Shown piece after piece: positions 8,417-16,074 of a DNA stretch of 42,615 nucleotides (its first letter is position 1; each line of letters begins with the position of its first letter). The DNA comes from a virus (taxonomy: Duplodnaviria > Caudoviricetes). A program made the translations under genes and the position numbers. The DNA is taken from IMG/VR virus record IMGVR_UViG_3300005805_000158, positions 1-42,615 of that record; one strand, 5' to 3'. The notes beneath the pieces are model-generated. The model saw only the letters and a program-made list of their open reading frames with translations. It was not told the origin of the DNA and made no database searches.

Positions 8417-9223
8417 ATGAGAATCGCTATCGCATCAGATGTACACCTAGAGTTTGGTGCTCTAGAACTATACAATACAGAAAACGCAGATGTACTTGTA
8501 CTATCTGGCGATATCTGTGTGGCTAAACATTTAAATGGTGAACATCATCACGATGCTCGTTATAGAAAGTTCTTTAAAGAATGCTGTGAGCGTTTCCCTC
8601 GGGTCGTCTATGTTCTAGGTAATCACGAACACTATTCATATGATGTTCAACATACCACTGCACATTTAAAACGTGAATTAGCCTACGACAATCTACACAT
8701 CATAGATAACGAAACTGTAGATATTGGAGAATATACTTTTATTGGGGTGACATTATGGACTAACATGAATGAAGAAGATAGTCTTACTTTATATCACGTG
8801 AGTTCGATGATGTCAGATTTTCAAAGCATTAAGAACAGTGCTAGGACCTTAAATGAATGGGGTAAATCTGCACGACTAACTCCAGAAGATACCGTTATAT
8901 TTCATAAGAAGAGCATGGACTATATCAATCACATTACCTACGATCGACCAACCCATAAGTTTATCGTAGTTGGGCATCATTGTCCTAGCTTTAAGAGTGT
9001 GCATCCTAAGTATACTCATGATAAGATAATGAATGGTGCTTTTGCCAGCGACCTAGATGACTTTATCTCTTATCGTCCTCAGATTAAATTATGGACACAT
9101 GGTCACACGCACGAGCCATTTGACTATGAAATTGGTACAACTCGAATAGTGTGTAATCCACGTGGCTATCTAGGACACGAACCTCAGGCTGATAGTTTCA
9201 AATTACAATACATTGATTTATGA
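8417..9223 (+). CDS. Calcineurin-like metallophosphoesterase
   Basis: SDVH, LSGD, LGNHEH, GHH, HGHTH, NPRGY motifs. Confidence 0.9.
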   Translation: MRIAIASDVHLEFGALELYNTENADVLVLSGDICVAKHLNGEHHHDARYRKFFKECCERFPRVVYVLGNHEHYSYDVQHTTAHLKRELAYDNLHIIDNETVDIGEYTFIGVTLWTNMNEEDSLTLYHVSSMMSDFQSIKNSARTLNEWGKSARLTPEDTVIFHKKSMDYINHITYDRPTHKFIVVGHHCPSFKSVHPKYTHDKIMNGAFASDLDDFISYRPQIKLWTHGHTHEPFDYEIGTTRIVCNPRGYLGHEPQADSFKLQYIDL

Positions 9224-9477
9224 TAAAAATATCAATGTACCCATATTGGTTTAATGCTATTAAGTATTTTGATAAAAATATTGTCAATCATCAACAAGAC
9301 AACGAGATTTACAATGAAACTTTGAAAGCATGGTTCGCTGAACAAGGTGCTGTGATAATACCGGTACCAGATGATGATGCAAATCCTTTACGTGAATGGT
9401 TTATGTTCGAGGATGAAACAAAAGCAACAATTTTTATGACAAAATGGTCTAATGAAGTTACTTATGGCAATTCATAA
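9220..9477 (+). CDS. Small hypothetical protein, F-x-L-[KR]-W family
   Basis: FMFEDETKATIFMTKWS. Confidence 0.7.
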   Translation: MIKISMYPYWFNAIKYFDKNIVNHQQDNEIYNETLKAWFAEQGAVIIPVPDDDANPLREWFMFEDETKATIFMTKWSNEVTYGNS

Positions 9478-9488
9478 GGAGAAATGAA

Positions 9489-9704
9489 ATGTTAGAATAT
9501 GTGGTATATGTTTGGTTCCAACCCAATTACAGTGATCAAGGCGGCCCAACACAGTTACCTGGCATTTATGCTAACTGTGATCAAGGTGTAGCAGAAGCCA
9601 TGGCTCAATATCCAAACTATAAGTATATCCACTGTGTGTTTCCTAATGATCCTGTAGCAGGTAAACCCCGTTCAAAATTCATCGAAGATAAAGCGAAGGA
9701 TTGA
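9489..9704 (+). CDS. Hypothetical protein
   Basis: ORF track; AAGGAG RBS. Confidence 0.65.
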   Translation: MLEYVVYVWFQPNYSDQGGPTQLPGIYANCDQGVAEAMAQYPNYKYIHCVFPNDPVAGKPRSKFIEDKAKD

Positions 9705-9710
9705 TCAGTA

Positions 9711-9977
9711 ATGGATCAAGAACAACAGTTAGTCTGGGATATATTAAGCACACCTATTAATGCAGATTTTACAGAATATCGTAAACGGCATCGTACCACT
9801 TGGTTGACCAAAGAACGAAAAATCGTATTGATGTCAGAGATGGAAACTAGTCACATCATCAGTTGTGTCAATATGTTAGAAGCACTAGATCAACAGTACA
9901 CTTTTGCCTACGGTGGATTGATTGAAGAATTGCGTACTAGAGGAGTATCTCGTGAAGATCACGATGAAGGAGTTTGA
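9711..9977 (+). CDS. Hypothetical protein
   Basis: ORF track; WLTKERKIVLMSEMETSHI pattern. Confidence 0.7.
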   Translation: MDQEQQLVWDILSTPINADFTEYRKRHRTTWLTKERKIVLMSEMETSHIISCVNMLEALDQQYTFAYGGLIEELRTRGVSREDHDEGV

Positions 9978-10179
9978 AGAGTTTGAAAGACAATTCCTAT
10001 TTGAAAAGATCAAGAATCCTGACTATCGTCTTGGGCAAGCATTCAGCAATACATTTGGGGAAATTGCCAACATTATGGAAAACGATGGCGACCTTGGTTA
10101 CGCACAGGCTAACGAATTGTGGAACTGTGACGATCGTACAAGAGTATTAGAAATTTTAGATTGGTATGTTATTCGATGA
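9964..10179 (+). CDS. Hypothetical protein
   Basis: YRLGQAFSN motif; start moved to ATG 9964. Confidence 0.65.
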   Translation: MKEFEEFERQFLFEKIKNPDYRLGQAFSNTFGEIANIMENDGDLGYAQANELWNCDDRTRVLEILDWYVIR

Positions 10180-10448
10180 ATCTAGAACAAGAAATAATGG
10201 CTATGACCGGTAAAGAGTTTATCACAGCAATGGATAGACAGCTTTATCTAGATCTAATGTTTACTACTCGATTAGATGAAGGGTGGCATCATATTCAAAT
10301 ACCTAAACTTATAGATAATAATCACGCTGTAGATATCACCTATTGGTTAGTTAAGAATGTCGAGGACGATGAATATCAAAGAGATGGTCGCGATTTTATA
10401 TTCAAATATAGCCGAGATGCTATGTTATTTGTATTGAGATGGATGTGA
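10176..10448 (+). CDS. Small hypothetical protein, F-x-L-[KR]-W family
   Basis: Ends FIFKYSRDAMLFVLRWM; ATGA overlap at 10176. Confidence 0.7.
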   Translation: MNLEQEIMAMTGKEFITAMDRQLYLDLMFTTRLDEGWHHIQIPKLIDNNHAVDITYWLVKNVEDDEYQRDGRDFIFKYSRDAMLFVLRWM

Positions 10449-10696
10449 AAGCCGTTGAGTTAGAAGCAGATGATTGGGAACAACGCATTTGGCCCGAACT
10501 GTTAAAAACGCATGGTATGAGTATTGCTATTCGCGATGTATGTAAAAGAAAACTTGGGTTCACTGTTCGTCGTCATCGTAGAGAAGTCAAAGACGAACAG
10601 GATATCTTTTGGACTGATGAACAAACCTTCGTTCACCTTGATTTTTATGATGAACAAAAGAAGGTAATGTTTATGTTAAAATGGTGCGGAGAATAG
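10439..10696 (+). CDS. Small hypothetical protein, F-x-L-[KR]-W family
   Basis: Ends LDFYDEQKKVMFMLKWCGE. Confidence 0.75.
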   Translation: MDVKAVELEADDWEQRIWPELLKTHGMSIAIRDVCKRKLGFTVRRHRREVKDEQDIFWTDEQTFVHLDFYDEQKKVMFMLKWCGE

Positions 10697-10697
10697 T

Positions 10698-10922
10698 ATG
10701 AAAAAACTAGATAAATGGCCGCCTCCAGACTGGCCCGAGGTTGTTATTAAATGGGAACAGATGTTAGAAAGCCCAGACTATAATCCCAATATCATCGTAA
10801 CTTGGGTAGATCACACATGCGGTGGAAGATATCATCTGCACGGATATCAGAACACAAAAGGATTTGCTTTCCGTTTTGAAGATCCTAAAGATGCTATATT
10901 GTTTGCACTAAGATGGGCATGA
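10698..10922 (+). CDS. Small hypothetical protein, F-x-L-[KR]-W family
   Basis: Ends FRFEDPKDAILFALRWA. Confidence 0.75.
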   Translation: MKKLDKWPPPDWPEVVIKWEQMLESPDYNPNIIVTWVDHTCGGRYHLHGYQNTKGFAFRFEDPKDAILFALRWA

Positions 10923-10928
10923 GTTAGA

Positions 10929-10957
10929 TTGACAAACAGTCTATATGATGCTATAAT
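10929..10957 (+). promoter_or_regulatory. Consensus sigma70-type promoter with extended -10
   Basis: TTGACA, 17 nt, TG-C-TATAAT. Confidence 0.85.
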
Positions 10958-11001
10958 AGTTTATAGTATAAAAACATCATTTATTTAGAAAGGATTATTT
11001 A

Positions 11002-11295
11002 ATGTCTAATAGACAAACTTTTTGGTCTATTTTTATCGTGGCAGTATTATCATTAGCATCTTTACTCTATAGTGTATATCAATTTAATATAGAGTTAGAA
11101 GAATCGAGACAGACTAATCTTGCATTACAAAAGCAAATCGAAGAAGTTAAATCATATGATCTATCACTAAAAAATGATATCAATGTTTTAAAAAATCGTA
11201 TCAAAGATCTTGAAAAAGATATTGAAGTTACACAAGAACTACAACGTAAACAGGTGTTAGCAATATTAGAATTACGTAAAGGTAAGAAAAAATAA
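11002..11295 (+). CDS. N-terminal TM plus coiled-coil protein
   Basis: FWSIFIVAVLSLASLLYSV then heptad repeats; AAGGA RBS. Confidence 0.7.
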   Translation: MSNRQTFWSIFIVAVLSLASLLYSVYQFNIELEESRQTNLALQKQIEEVKSYDLSLKNDINVLKNRIKDLEKDIEVTQELQRKQVLAILELRKGKKK

Positions 11296-11772
11296 TTGTA
11301 CTGGCTGCCACTGTTATTTTTGTTAAGTGGATGTGCTACCATGATAGCCGGCAATATGGGTGCAGGTGCTACAGTCGTGACAGTAGCTGAAACGGTTGAT
11401 CAGGCCAAGACCGCGGGTGATGTGGTAGCTTACGGAACTACAGGTAAGACATTGTCGGATCATATGTTAAGTCAACTGACCGGCAAAGATTGTAGAATGT
11501 TTAATGTATTTGATCACAAGAATATTTGTAGAATAAAGAAAACTTATTTGTATCTTGGAGGGGAAAATGGACAGAAAAGAAGATTGGCAAGAAGTGGCGG
11601 AGTTAGTTTTCAATACATTGAGACTCCTAAACCTACAGGATCCGCAACAGAAGAAGTTAGAAGAATCCCTAAGAGGACTGTTGGCCCTAAGTTATCGAAA
11701 GTTAAGCGAGTATCCAAAACCCACGGACCCAAGGCCAAAAAGCCGTACAGAGGAAATGATAAGTTAAAATGA
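11296..11772 (+). CDS. Putative lipoprotein
   Basis: TTG start; lipobox LLFLLSG|C; C-terminal basic tail overlaps the next ORF. Confidence 0.55.
   Translation: MYWLPLLFLLSGCATMIAGNMGAGATVVTVAETVDQAKTAGDVVAYGTTGKTLSDHMLSQLTGKDCRMFNVFDHKNICRIKKTYLYLGGENGQKRRLARSGGVSFQYIETPKPTGSATEEVRRIPKRTVGPKLSKVKRVSKTHGPKAKKPYRGNDKLK
11567..11767 (+). CDS. Hypothetical protein (MDRKEDWQEVAEL...) nested in the 3' part of the lipoprotein ORF
   Basis: GGAGGG RBS before ATG 11567; helical, protein-like composition. Confidence 0.5.
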   Translation: MDRKEDWQEVAELVFNTLRLLNLQDPQQKKLEESLRGLLALSYRKLSEYPKPTDPRPKSRTEEMIS

Positions 11773-12134
11773 AAATAGGATTTAGATTATCTAAGTGTAT
11801 AGAAGATATTGCTCACGAACGAGTTAAAGTAGAGGATGTGGCATTTGTTGTCAGCCTTACTAGTATCCGTGAAGGTCGAAACCTTGAAGATATAATCGAC
11901 AACTGGATACACAGCACCATACTTGATGCCAAGTATCGTGAAATTTATATTGACACACTTAGAAACTTATTGGCTCTTAACAAAGTATTACAACCTAGAT
12001 TACAAGGAATCGACAGACATTGGATTCCAGATTCTACATATCATTGGATGGATATGTATCCTAGCAAGCCATCTAAAAATCAAGCAGTTGAAACAGCTTG
12101 GAACAATTATCGAATTATACAGGAATTATCATAA
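11769..12134 (+). CDS. Hypothetical protein
   Basis: ORF track; coupled to neighbours. Confidence 0.75.
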   Translation: MKIGFRLSKCIEDIAHERVKVEDVAFVVSLTSIREGRNLEDIIDNWIHSTILDAKYREIYIDTLRNLLALNKVLQPRLQGIDRHWIPDSTYHWMDMYPSKPSKNQAVETAWNNYRIIQELS

Positions 12135-12502
12135 TGGACATCATAATCTTATTATTGGCTCTATTTGGAATCAAACATTTTATCTGTGATTTCTTATTAC
12201 AGTTTCCGTATATGATCAGAGAAAAAGGCACATATGGTGCAGAAGGCGGTATACATCATGCGGCATTACATGTCAGTTTTACTCTGCTGATCTGTGTATT
12301 TTTTGCCGATAACGGACATGATGCTGTAACAGTAGCAGCATTTGATGGGTTGTTACACTATCATATAGATTGGGCAAAACAGCAGTTAAATCAAGGATTA
12401 CGCACATCCGATCGAATGTTTTGGGTTTGGTTAGGTGCAGATCAAGGTCTACATTATCTAACTTATGTAGGTATAATTGGATATCTCGTAGGAGTATTCT
12501 AA
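12134..12502 (+). CDS. DUF3307-family membrane protein
   Basis: KHFICDFLLQ, HAALH, HYHIDWAK, GADQGLH motifs; TAATG coupling. Confidence 0.8.
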   Translation: MDIIILLLALFGIKHFICDFLLQFPYMIREKGTYGAEGGIHHAALHVSFTLLICVFFADNGHDAVTVAAFDGLLHYHIDWAKQQLNQGLRTSDRMFWVWLGADQGLHYLTYVGIIGYLVGVF

Positions 12503-12522
12503 AATTATAGTATACTATAATT
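12503..12522. repeat. Perfect 20-bp palindrome AATTATAGTATACTATAATT
   Basis: Reverse complement is identical; fills the gap between the DUF3307 stop and the ClpP ORF. Confidence 0.8.
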
Positions 12523-13125
12523 ATGATAAATACAGCATCTGTTAGGGCAAATAACTTGAAGATAAACAAAGAATTCAATGCTAGTGATCGTATTGGACTA
12601 GGGCTACTAGAGCAATCCGTATACTTTTTAAGTGGTGATATCACTGAAGAGTCGATCAACGAGTGTATTAAGTGGATTACGTATGAAAATCTCATAGCCC
12701 TCCCCAAAGCAAATAAGATACTTACGTTATACATTAATAGTCAAGGTGGCGAATTGTATCAAGCATTTGCTCTAATAGACATCATAAAATCTAGCAAAAT
12801 TAAAATCAAAACCGTAGGTATTGGACAGGTTATGAGCGCAGGCTTTTTAATCTTTGTTAGCGGCACTAAGGGATTAAGATATATCGCTAAAAATACCGGT
12901 ATTATGTGTCACCAATTAAGTACAGGGTTTGAAGACAAATATCACGATGTTAAAGCAGCAATGAAAGAAAACGACTATTGTGCCAACAGAATGGTAGATA
13001 TTTTGCGTGATGCTACCGGTAAGGGGGTAACAATTATCAAGAATAAATTATTGCCACCAACTGACGTTTGGATGACAGCAGAAGAATTAATTGAATTTGG
13101 GGCGGCAGACCATTTGTTAAAATAA
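12523..13125 (+). CDS. clpP: ClpP-like ATP-dependent protease proteolytic subunit (true start may be TTG 12556)
   Basis: LYINSQGG, GQVMSAG (catalytic Ser), IMCHQ (His), DVWMTAEELIEFGAAD. Confidence 0.85.
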   Translation: MINTASVRANNLKINKEFNASDRIGLGLLEQSVYFLSGDITEESINECIKWITYENLIALPKANKILTLYINSQGGELYQAFALIDIIKSSKIKIKTVGIGQVMSAGFLIFVSGTKGLRYIAKNTGIMCHQLSTGFEDKYHDVKAAMKENDYCANRMVDILRDATGKGVTIIKNKLLPPTDVWMTAEELIEFGAADHLLK

Positions 13126-13133
13126 GGATCATT

Positions 13134-13376
13134 ATGGATAACATTATTAGTTTTGAACCAAAAGATAAAGCAGCAGAACATCGTAGAGATGAGATGCTCG
13201 AAGTTATCAACTATATGAAGAAACAGATAGAAAGCGGACAGATCAAAGAATTCATCGCGTGCTCACTCGACGAAGATGGCCTTGCACAGATCCATGTTAG
13301 CACACTAGATACACCAGGAGCAGTTGGTTTATTTGAAATTGGTAAACATCTGCTAATCTCACAAGACGCAATTTAA
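13134..13376 (+). CDS. Hypothetical protein
   Basis: ORF track; AAGGA RBS. Confidence 0.75.
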   Translation: MDNIISFEPKDKAAEHRRDEMLEVINYMKKQIESGQIKEFIACSLDEDGLAQIHVSTLDTPGAVGLFEIGKHLLISQDAI

Positions 13377-13386
13377 TTAATCCCTA

Positions 13387-13968
13387 ATGCCATCGATATT
13401 TTTAGTAAGTGATACTCACTTTGGTCACGCCGGTGTCTGTCGTTTCACGCACGAAGATACCGGAGTTAAAATTCGCCCTTGGACTGATCCAGATGAAATG
13501 GATGAGTTTATGGTTAAAGCATGGAACGAGACAGTTGGACCTAACGATAAAGTTTATCATTTAGGTGATGTTGTCATTAACCGTAAAGCGTTAAAAATCA
13601 TGTCGAGATTAAACGGCGACAAAGTTTTAATTCGTGGTAACCACGATATCTTTAGGGACGACGAGTATCGTATGTACTTTAGAGAGCTTAGAGCTTATCA
13701 CGTTATGAACGGTATGATATTAAGCCACATACCTATACATCCAGAAAGTTTAGGACGATTTGGTACAAATATACACGGACATCTACACACCGGTCGTGTG
13801 TTAATGGATTCCGGTATAGATTTTGAAACTGGTAAAAAACCAATTGATCCTAGATATCATTGTGTATGTGTAGAGCAAACAGACTTTCGTCCTATCTTGT
13901 TCGAAGACGTTATCAAGCGTATCGAAGCAGAAGGTGGCAAGATAGGATTTCAGAACGGTAATATGTAA
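13387..13968 (+). CDS. Calcineurin-like metallophosphoesterase
   Basis: SDTHFGH, HLGD, RGNHD, LSHIP, IHGHLH motifs. Confidence 0.9.
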   Translation: MPSIFLVSDTHFGHAGVCRFTHEDTGVKIRPWTDPDEMDEFMVKAWNETVGPNDKVYHLGDVVINRKALKIMSRLNGDKVLIRGNHDIFRDDEYRMYFRELRAYHVMNGMILSHIPIHPESLGRFGTNIHGHLHTGRVLMDSGIDFETGKKPIDPRYHCVCVEQTDFRPILFEDVIKRIEAEGGKIGFQNGNM

Positions 13969-13997
13969 TTGACAATCCTCGTTAATTACTGTATAAT
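13969..13997 (+). promoter_or_regulatory. Consensus sigma70-type promoter for the tRNA cluster
   Basis: TTGACA, 17 nt, TATAAT, 13 nt before tRNA-Arg. Confidence 0.85.
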
Positions 13998-14010
13998 AAT
14001 TATATAGTAC

Positions 14011-14087
14011 CTGCCCTTAGCTCAGCTGGATAGAGCAACAGCCTTCTAAGCTGTAGGCCAGTGGTTCGAATCCACTAGGGCAGGCCA
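14011..14087 (+). tRNA. tRNA-Arg(TCT)
   Basis: Acceptor CTGCCCT/AGGGCAG, anticodon arm ACAGC-CTTCTAA-GCTGT, GGTTCGAATCC, encoded CCA. Confidence 0.95.
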
Positions 14088-14094
14088 CAGTTAT

Positions 14095-14184
14095 GGAGAG
14101 TTGGCCGAGTGGTCGAAGGCAGCGGCTTGCTAAGCCGTCCTCCCTGCAAAGGGAGCATAGGTTCGAATCCTATACTCTCCGCCA
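14095..14184 (+). tRNA. tRNA-Ser(GCT)
   Basis: GGAGAGT acceptor, GCGGC-TTGCTAA-GCCGT, long variable arm, G73-CCA. Confidence 0.95.
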
Positions 14185-14191
14185 AGTTTTA

Positions 14192-14268
14192 GGGCCTTTA
14201 GCTTAATTGGTCAAAGCAGCGGACTCATAATCCGTTGAGTCCGGGTTCAAGTCCCGGGGGGCCCACCA
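14192..14268 (+). tRNA. tRNA with CAT anticodon, most likely tRNA-Ile2 (lysidine type); elongator Met not excluded
   Basis: GCGGA-CTCATAA-TCCGT arm; GGGCCTT acceptor resembling bacterial Ile2 tRNAs; ACCA end. Confidence 0.85.
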
Positions 14269-14274
14269 AAGAAC

Positions 14275-14471
14275 ACTGGGTTTACCCTTTTACCTTATAG
14301 AAAGGGGGTGATTGCCGATACCAGAGCAGGCAGAGTGCATAGGATCATTACTACAAGTCCCCATATCCGGGAGCCTTGAGAAATCCTAGGGCGGCGCAGT
14401 AACGTCCAAAAAGATAACTGTTGGACAGGGTAACAACTCAGTTAGGGGCAAGGTGGTGCTTGTAGCCTAAC
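14275..14471 (+). ncRNA. Putative ~200-nt structured non-coding RNA of unknown class inside the tRNA cluster
   Basis: GC-richer than flanks; long-range helix 14275-14288/14427-14442 enclosing several hairpins, plus a 3' hairpin 14441-14471. Confidence 0.6.
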
Positions 14472-14480
14472 ACGAACAAT

Positions 14481-14555
14481 CGCGGGGTGGAGAAGAGGAA
14501 ACTCGTCAGTCTCATAAGCTGAAGATCGCTGGTTCGATTCCAGCCCCCGCAACCA
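14481..14555 (+). tRNA. Initiator-type tRNA-fMet(CAT)
   Basis: CGCGGGG 5' end with C1:A72 mismatch; TCAGT-CTCATAA-GCTGA; ACCA end. Confidence 0.9.
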
Positions 14556-14567
14556 ATTAAGGAATTT

Positions 14568-15272
14568 ATGAAAAAAACACTTTGGTTATACGGCGATAGT
14601 TTTACCGAATTAAAAAATAAAACTATACCGCATGATCCTTGGTATAAAACACTCGCAGAAAAATTAGGTGTTGATCGAGTAATGAATCGAGGAGAAAGTG
14701 GTATCGCCAATACAAGAATCGCTGAATTATTTTGGAATGACGTTCACGATCACCAACCAGAAGATTTTGTTTTATCACAGTTAACAGAAAGTTCAAGAAT
14801 ATGGTTTTTTGAAGATAGACCTGATCTTTCTAATTGGCAAAATATGTTATTGTTTTTTAATGTGATCAGCAAAGAACAGAAAAATGCTGTTGAACAATAT
14901 TTAAAATATCTAGATAATGCCAAACGTGATTATGCTATAGATCGTAGTATTGGGTTTTCTTTAATGGCCGCTAGTCGTGCTCGTAGTAGAGTGTTCAGTG
15001 CATTTGATGAGATTCCAGGGCAGAGGGGTACTTTATTAGAAGTGTCTGTAAAAGAATTTCCAGGCGATAGTTATCAAGAACAGTTTGAAATTTTAAGTAA
15101 AGTTTCTCAGAAAGAAGGATACGGTGATTATAGGATTAATCATTTATCCAAAGACAATCATCAGATATTAGCAGACAAGTTATATAATTGGTTCACTTTG
15201 GATAATGAACCATTAGATTTTACTACTAATTTCAAAGAAAAGATTATACAGAAAGATCTTTTGAATGTATAA
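14568..15272 (+). CDS. SGNH/GDSL hydrolase-like protein
   Basis: LYGDSFT block I, GESGIAN block II, NHLS block V. Confidence 0.65.
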   Translation: MKKTLWLYGDSFTELKNKTIPHDPWYKTLAEKLGVDRVMNRGESGIANTRIAELFWNDVHDHQPEDFVLSQLTESSRIWFFEDRPDLSNWQNMLLFFNVISKEQKNAVEQYLKYLDNAKRDYAIDRSIGFSLMAASRARSRVFSAFDEIPGQRGTLLEVSVKEFPGDSYQEQFEILSKVSQKEGYGDYRINHLSKDNHQILADKLYNWFTLDNEPLDFTTNFKEKIIQKDLLNV

Positions 15273-15282
15273 TATAAACAAT

Positions 15283-15358
15283 GCTCCCATCGTCTAGAGG
15301 CCTAGGACACCCGCCTTTCACGCAGGTAACACGAGTTCGAATCTCGTTGGGAGTACCA
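15283..15358 (+). tRNA. tRNA-Glu(TTC)
   Basis: GCTCCCA acceptor, CCCGC-CTTTCAC-GCAGG arm (one C:A mismatch), GTTCGAATC, ACCA. Confidence 0.92.
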
Positions 15359-15376
15359 ATTTAATAGGAGAAGTTT

Positions 15377-15649
15377 ATGTCACAAGTAACAGCAAGTCAT
15401 ATTTTAGTAGAAGATTTAAACACAGCTAATACATTAAAAGCAAAGATCGATGGTGGTGAAAATTTTGCTACACTCGCGCAAACACACAGCAAATGTCCAA
15501 GTCGTGCTAATGGTGGTAATCTAGGTCCGTTTGGTCGTGGTATGATGGTTAAACCATTTGAAGATGCTGCGTTTGGCTTAGAAGTCGGAGGACTAAGTGA
15601 GCCAGTTCAAACACAATTTGGTTGGCATCTAATTCAACGTACCGCTTAA
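15377..15649 (+). CDS. ppiC: Parvulin-type peptidyl-prolyl cis-trans isomerase
   Basis: ASHILV, FATLAQTHSKCPS, GGNLGPF, MVKPFEDAAF, PVQTQFGWHLI. Confidence 0.93.
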   Translation: MSQVTASHILVEDLNTANTLKAKIDGGENFATLAQTHSKCPSRANGGNLGPFGRGMMVKPFEDAAFGLEVGGLSEPVQTQFGWHLIQRTA

Positions 15650-15669
15650 TATAAAAGGATAATTACTGT

Positions 15670-15834
15670 ATGAAACCAAACTCAAATTTTAATCTAAGTA
15701 AGCCGGCGAAAAAAATGATTGCCAACACTCCTAAAGCTCAACGTAATCTTGTTAAACAAATGTTTATACAAGCAGAATTAGCAGCATCGCAACCTTTCCG
15801 TAGTCCTCGTGTTAAAGAAGATAACAAGGAATAA
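15670..15834 (+). CDS. 54-aa basic hypothetical protein (MKPNSNFNLSKPAKKMIA...)
   Basis: Translated by hand; AAGGA upstream; fills the gap. Confidence 0.65.
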   Translation: MKPNSNFNLSKPAKKMIANTPKAQRNLVKQMFIQAELAASQPFRSPRVKEDNKE

Positions 15835-15837
15835 ATC

Positions 15838-16074
15838 GTGGTAGCGAGAAACGATATTACCGGTGACCTAATCCAATCAAAAGCATCAAACAAAGCCTTT
15901 GATGAAAACATGGATCGTATATTCAACAGTGAAGAAAAGCAAAAGAAACTAGAAGAGAAAAAGAAAGCCGACGCCGAGCACTGGGCAAAAGTCAACGCAG
16001 AGACTGCAACCAAATTAGCTGAGTATGAGTTGAATAAATCTACTGGAGAAGTACAAAGAGTGGATAAAGAATGA
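15838..16074 (+). CDS. Hypothetical phage protein (NDITGD-x-I-x-SK type)
   Basis: GTG start, AAGGA RBS. Confidence 0.7.
   Translation: MVARNDITGDLIQSKASNKAFDENMDRIFNSEEKQKKLEEKKKADAEHWAKVNAETATKLAEYELNKSTGEVQRVDKE

Noticed and set aside
14275-14471. tmRNA, RNase P RNA, SRP RNA or riboswitch identity for the structured spacer
   Set aside because: No T-arm/CCA end or tag ORF, no GAGGAAAGUCC/ACAGAA P4 pair, no SRP GGAA-GCAGC loop, and no recognisable riboswitch core
14438-14710. Minus-strand 90-aa ORF, and similarly 16446..16646
   Set aside because: These are antisense translations of tRNA genes
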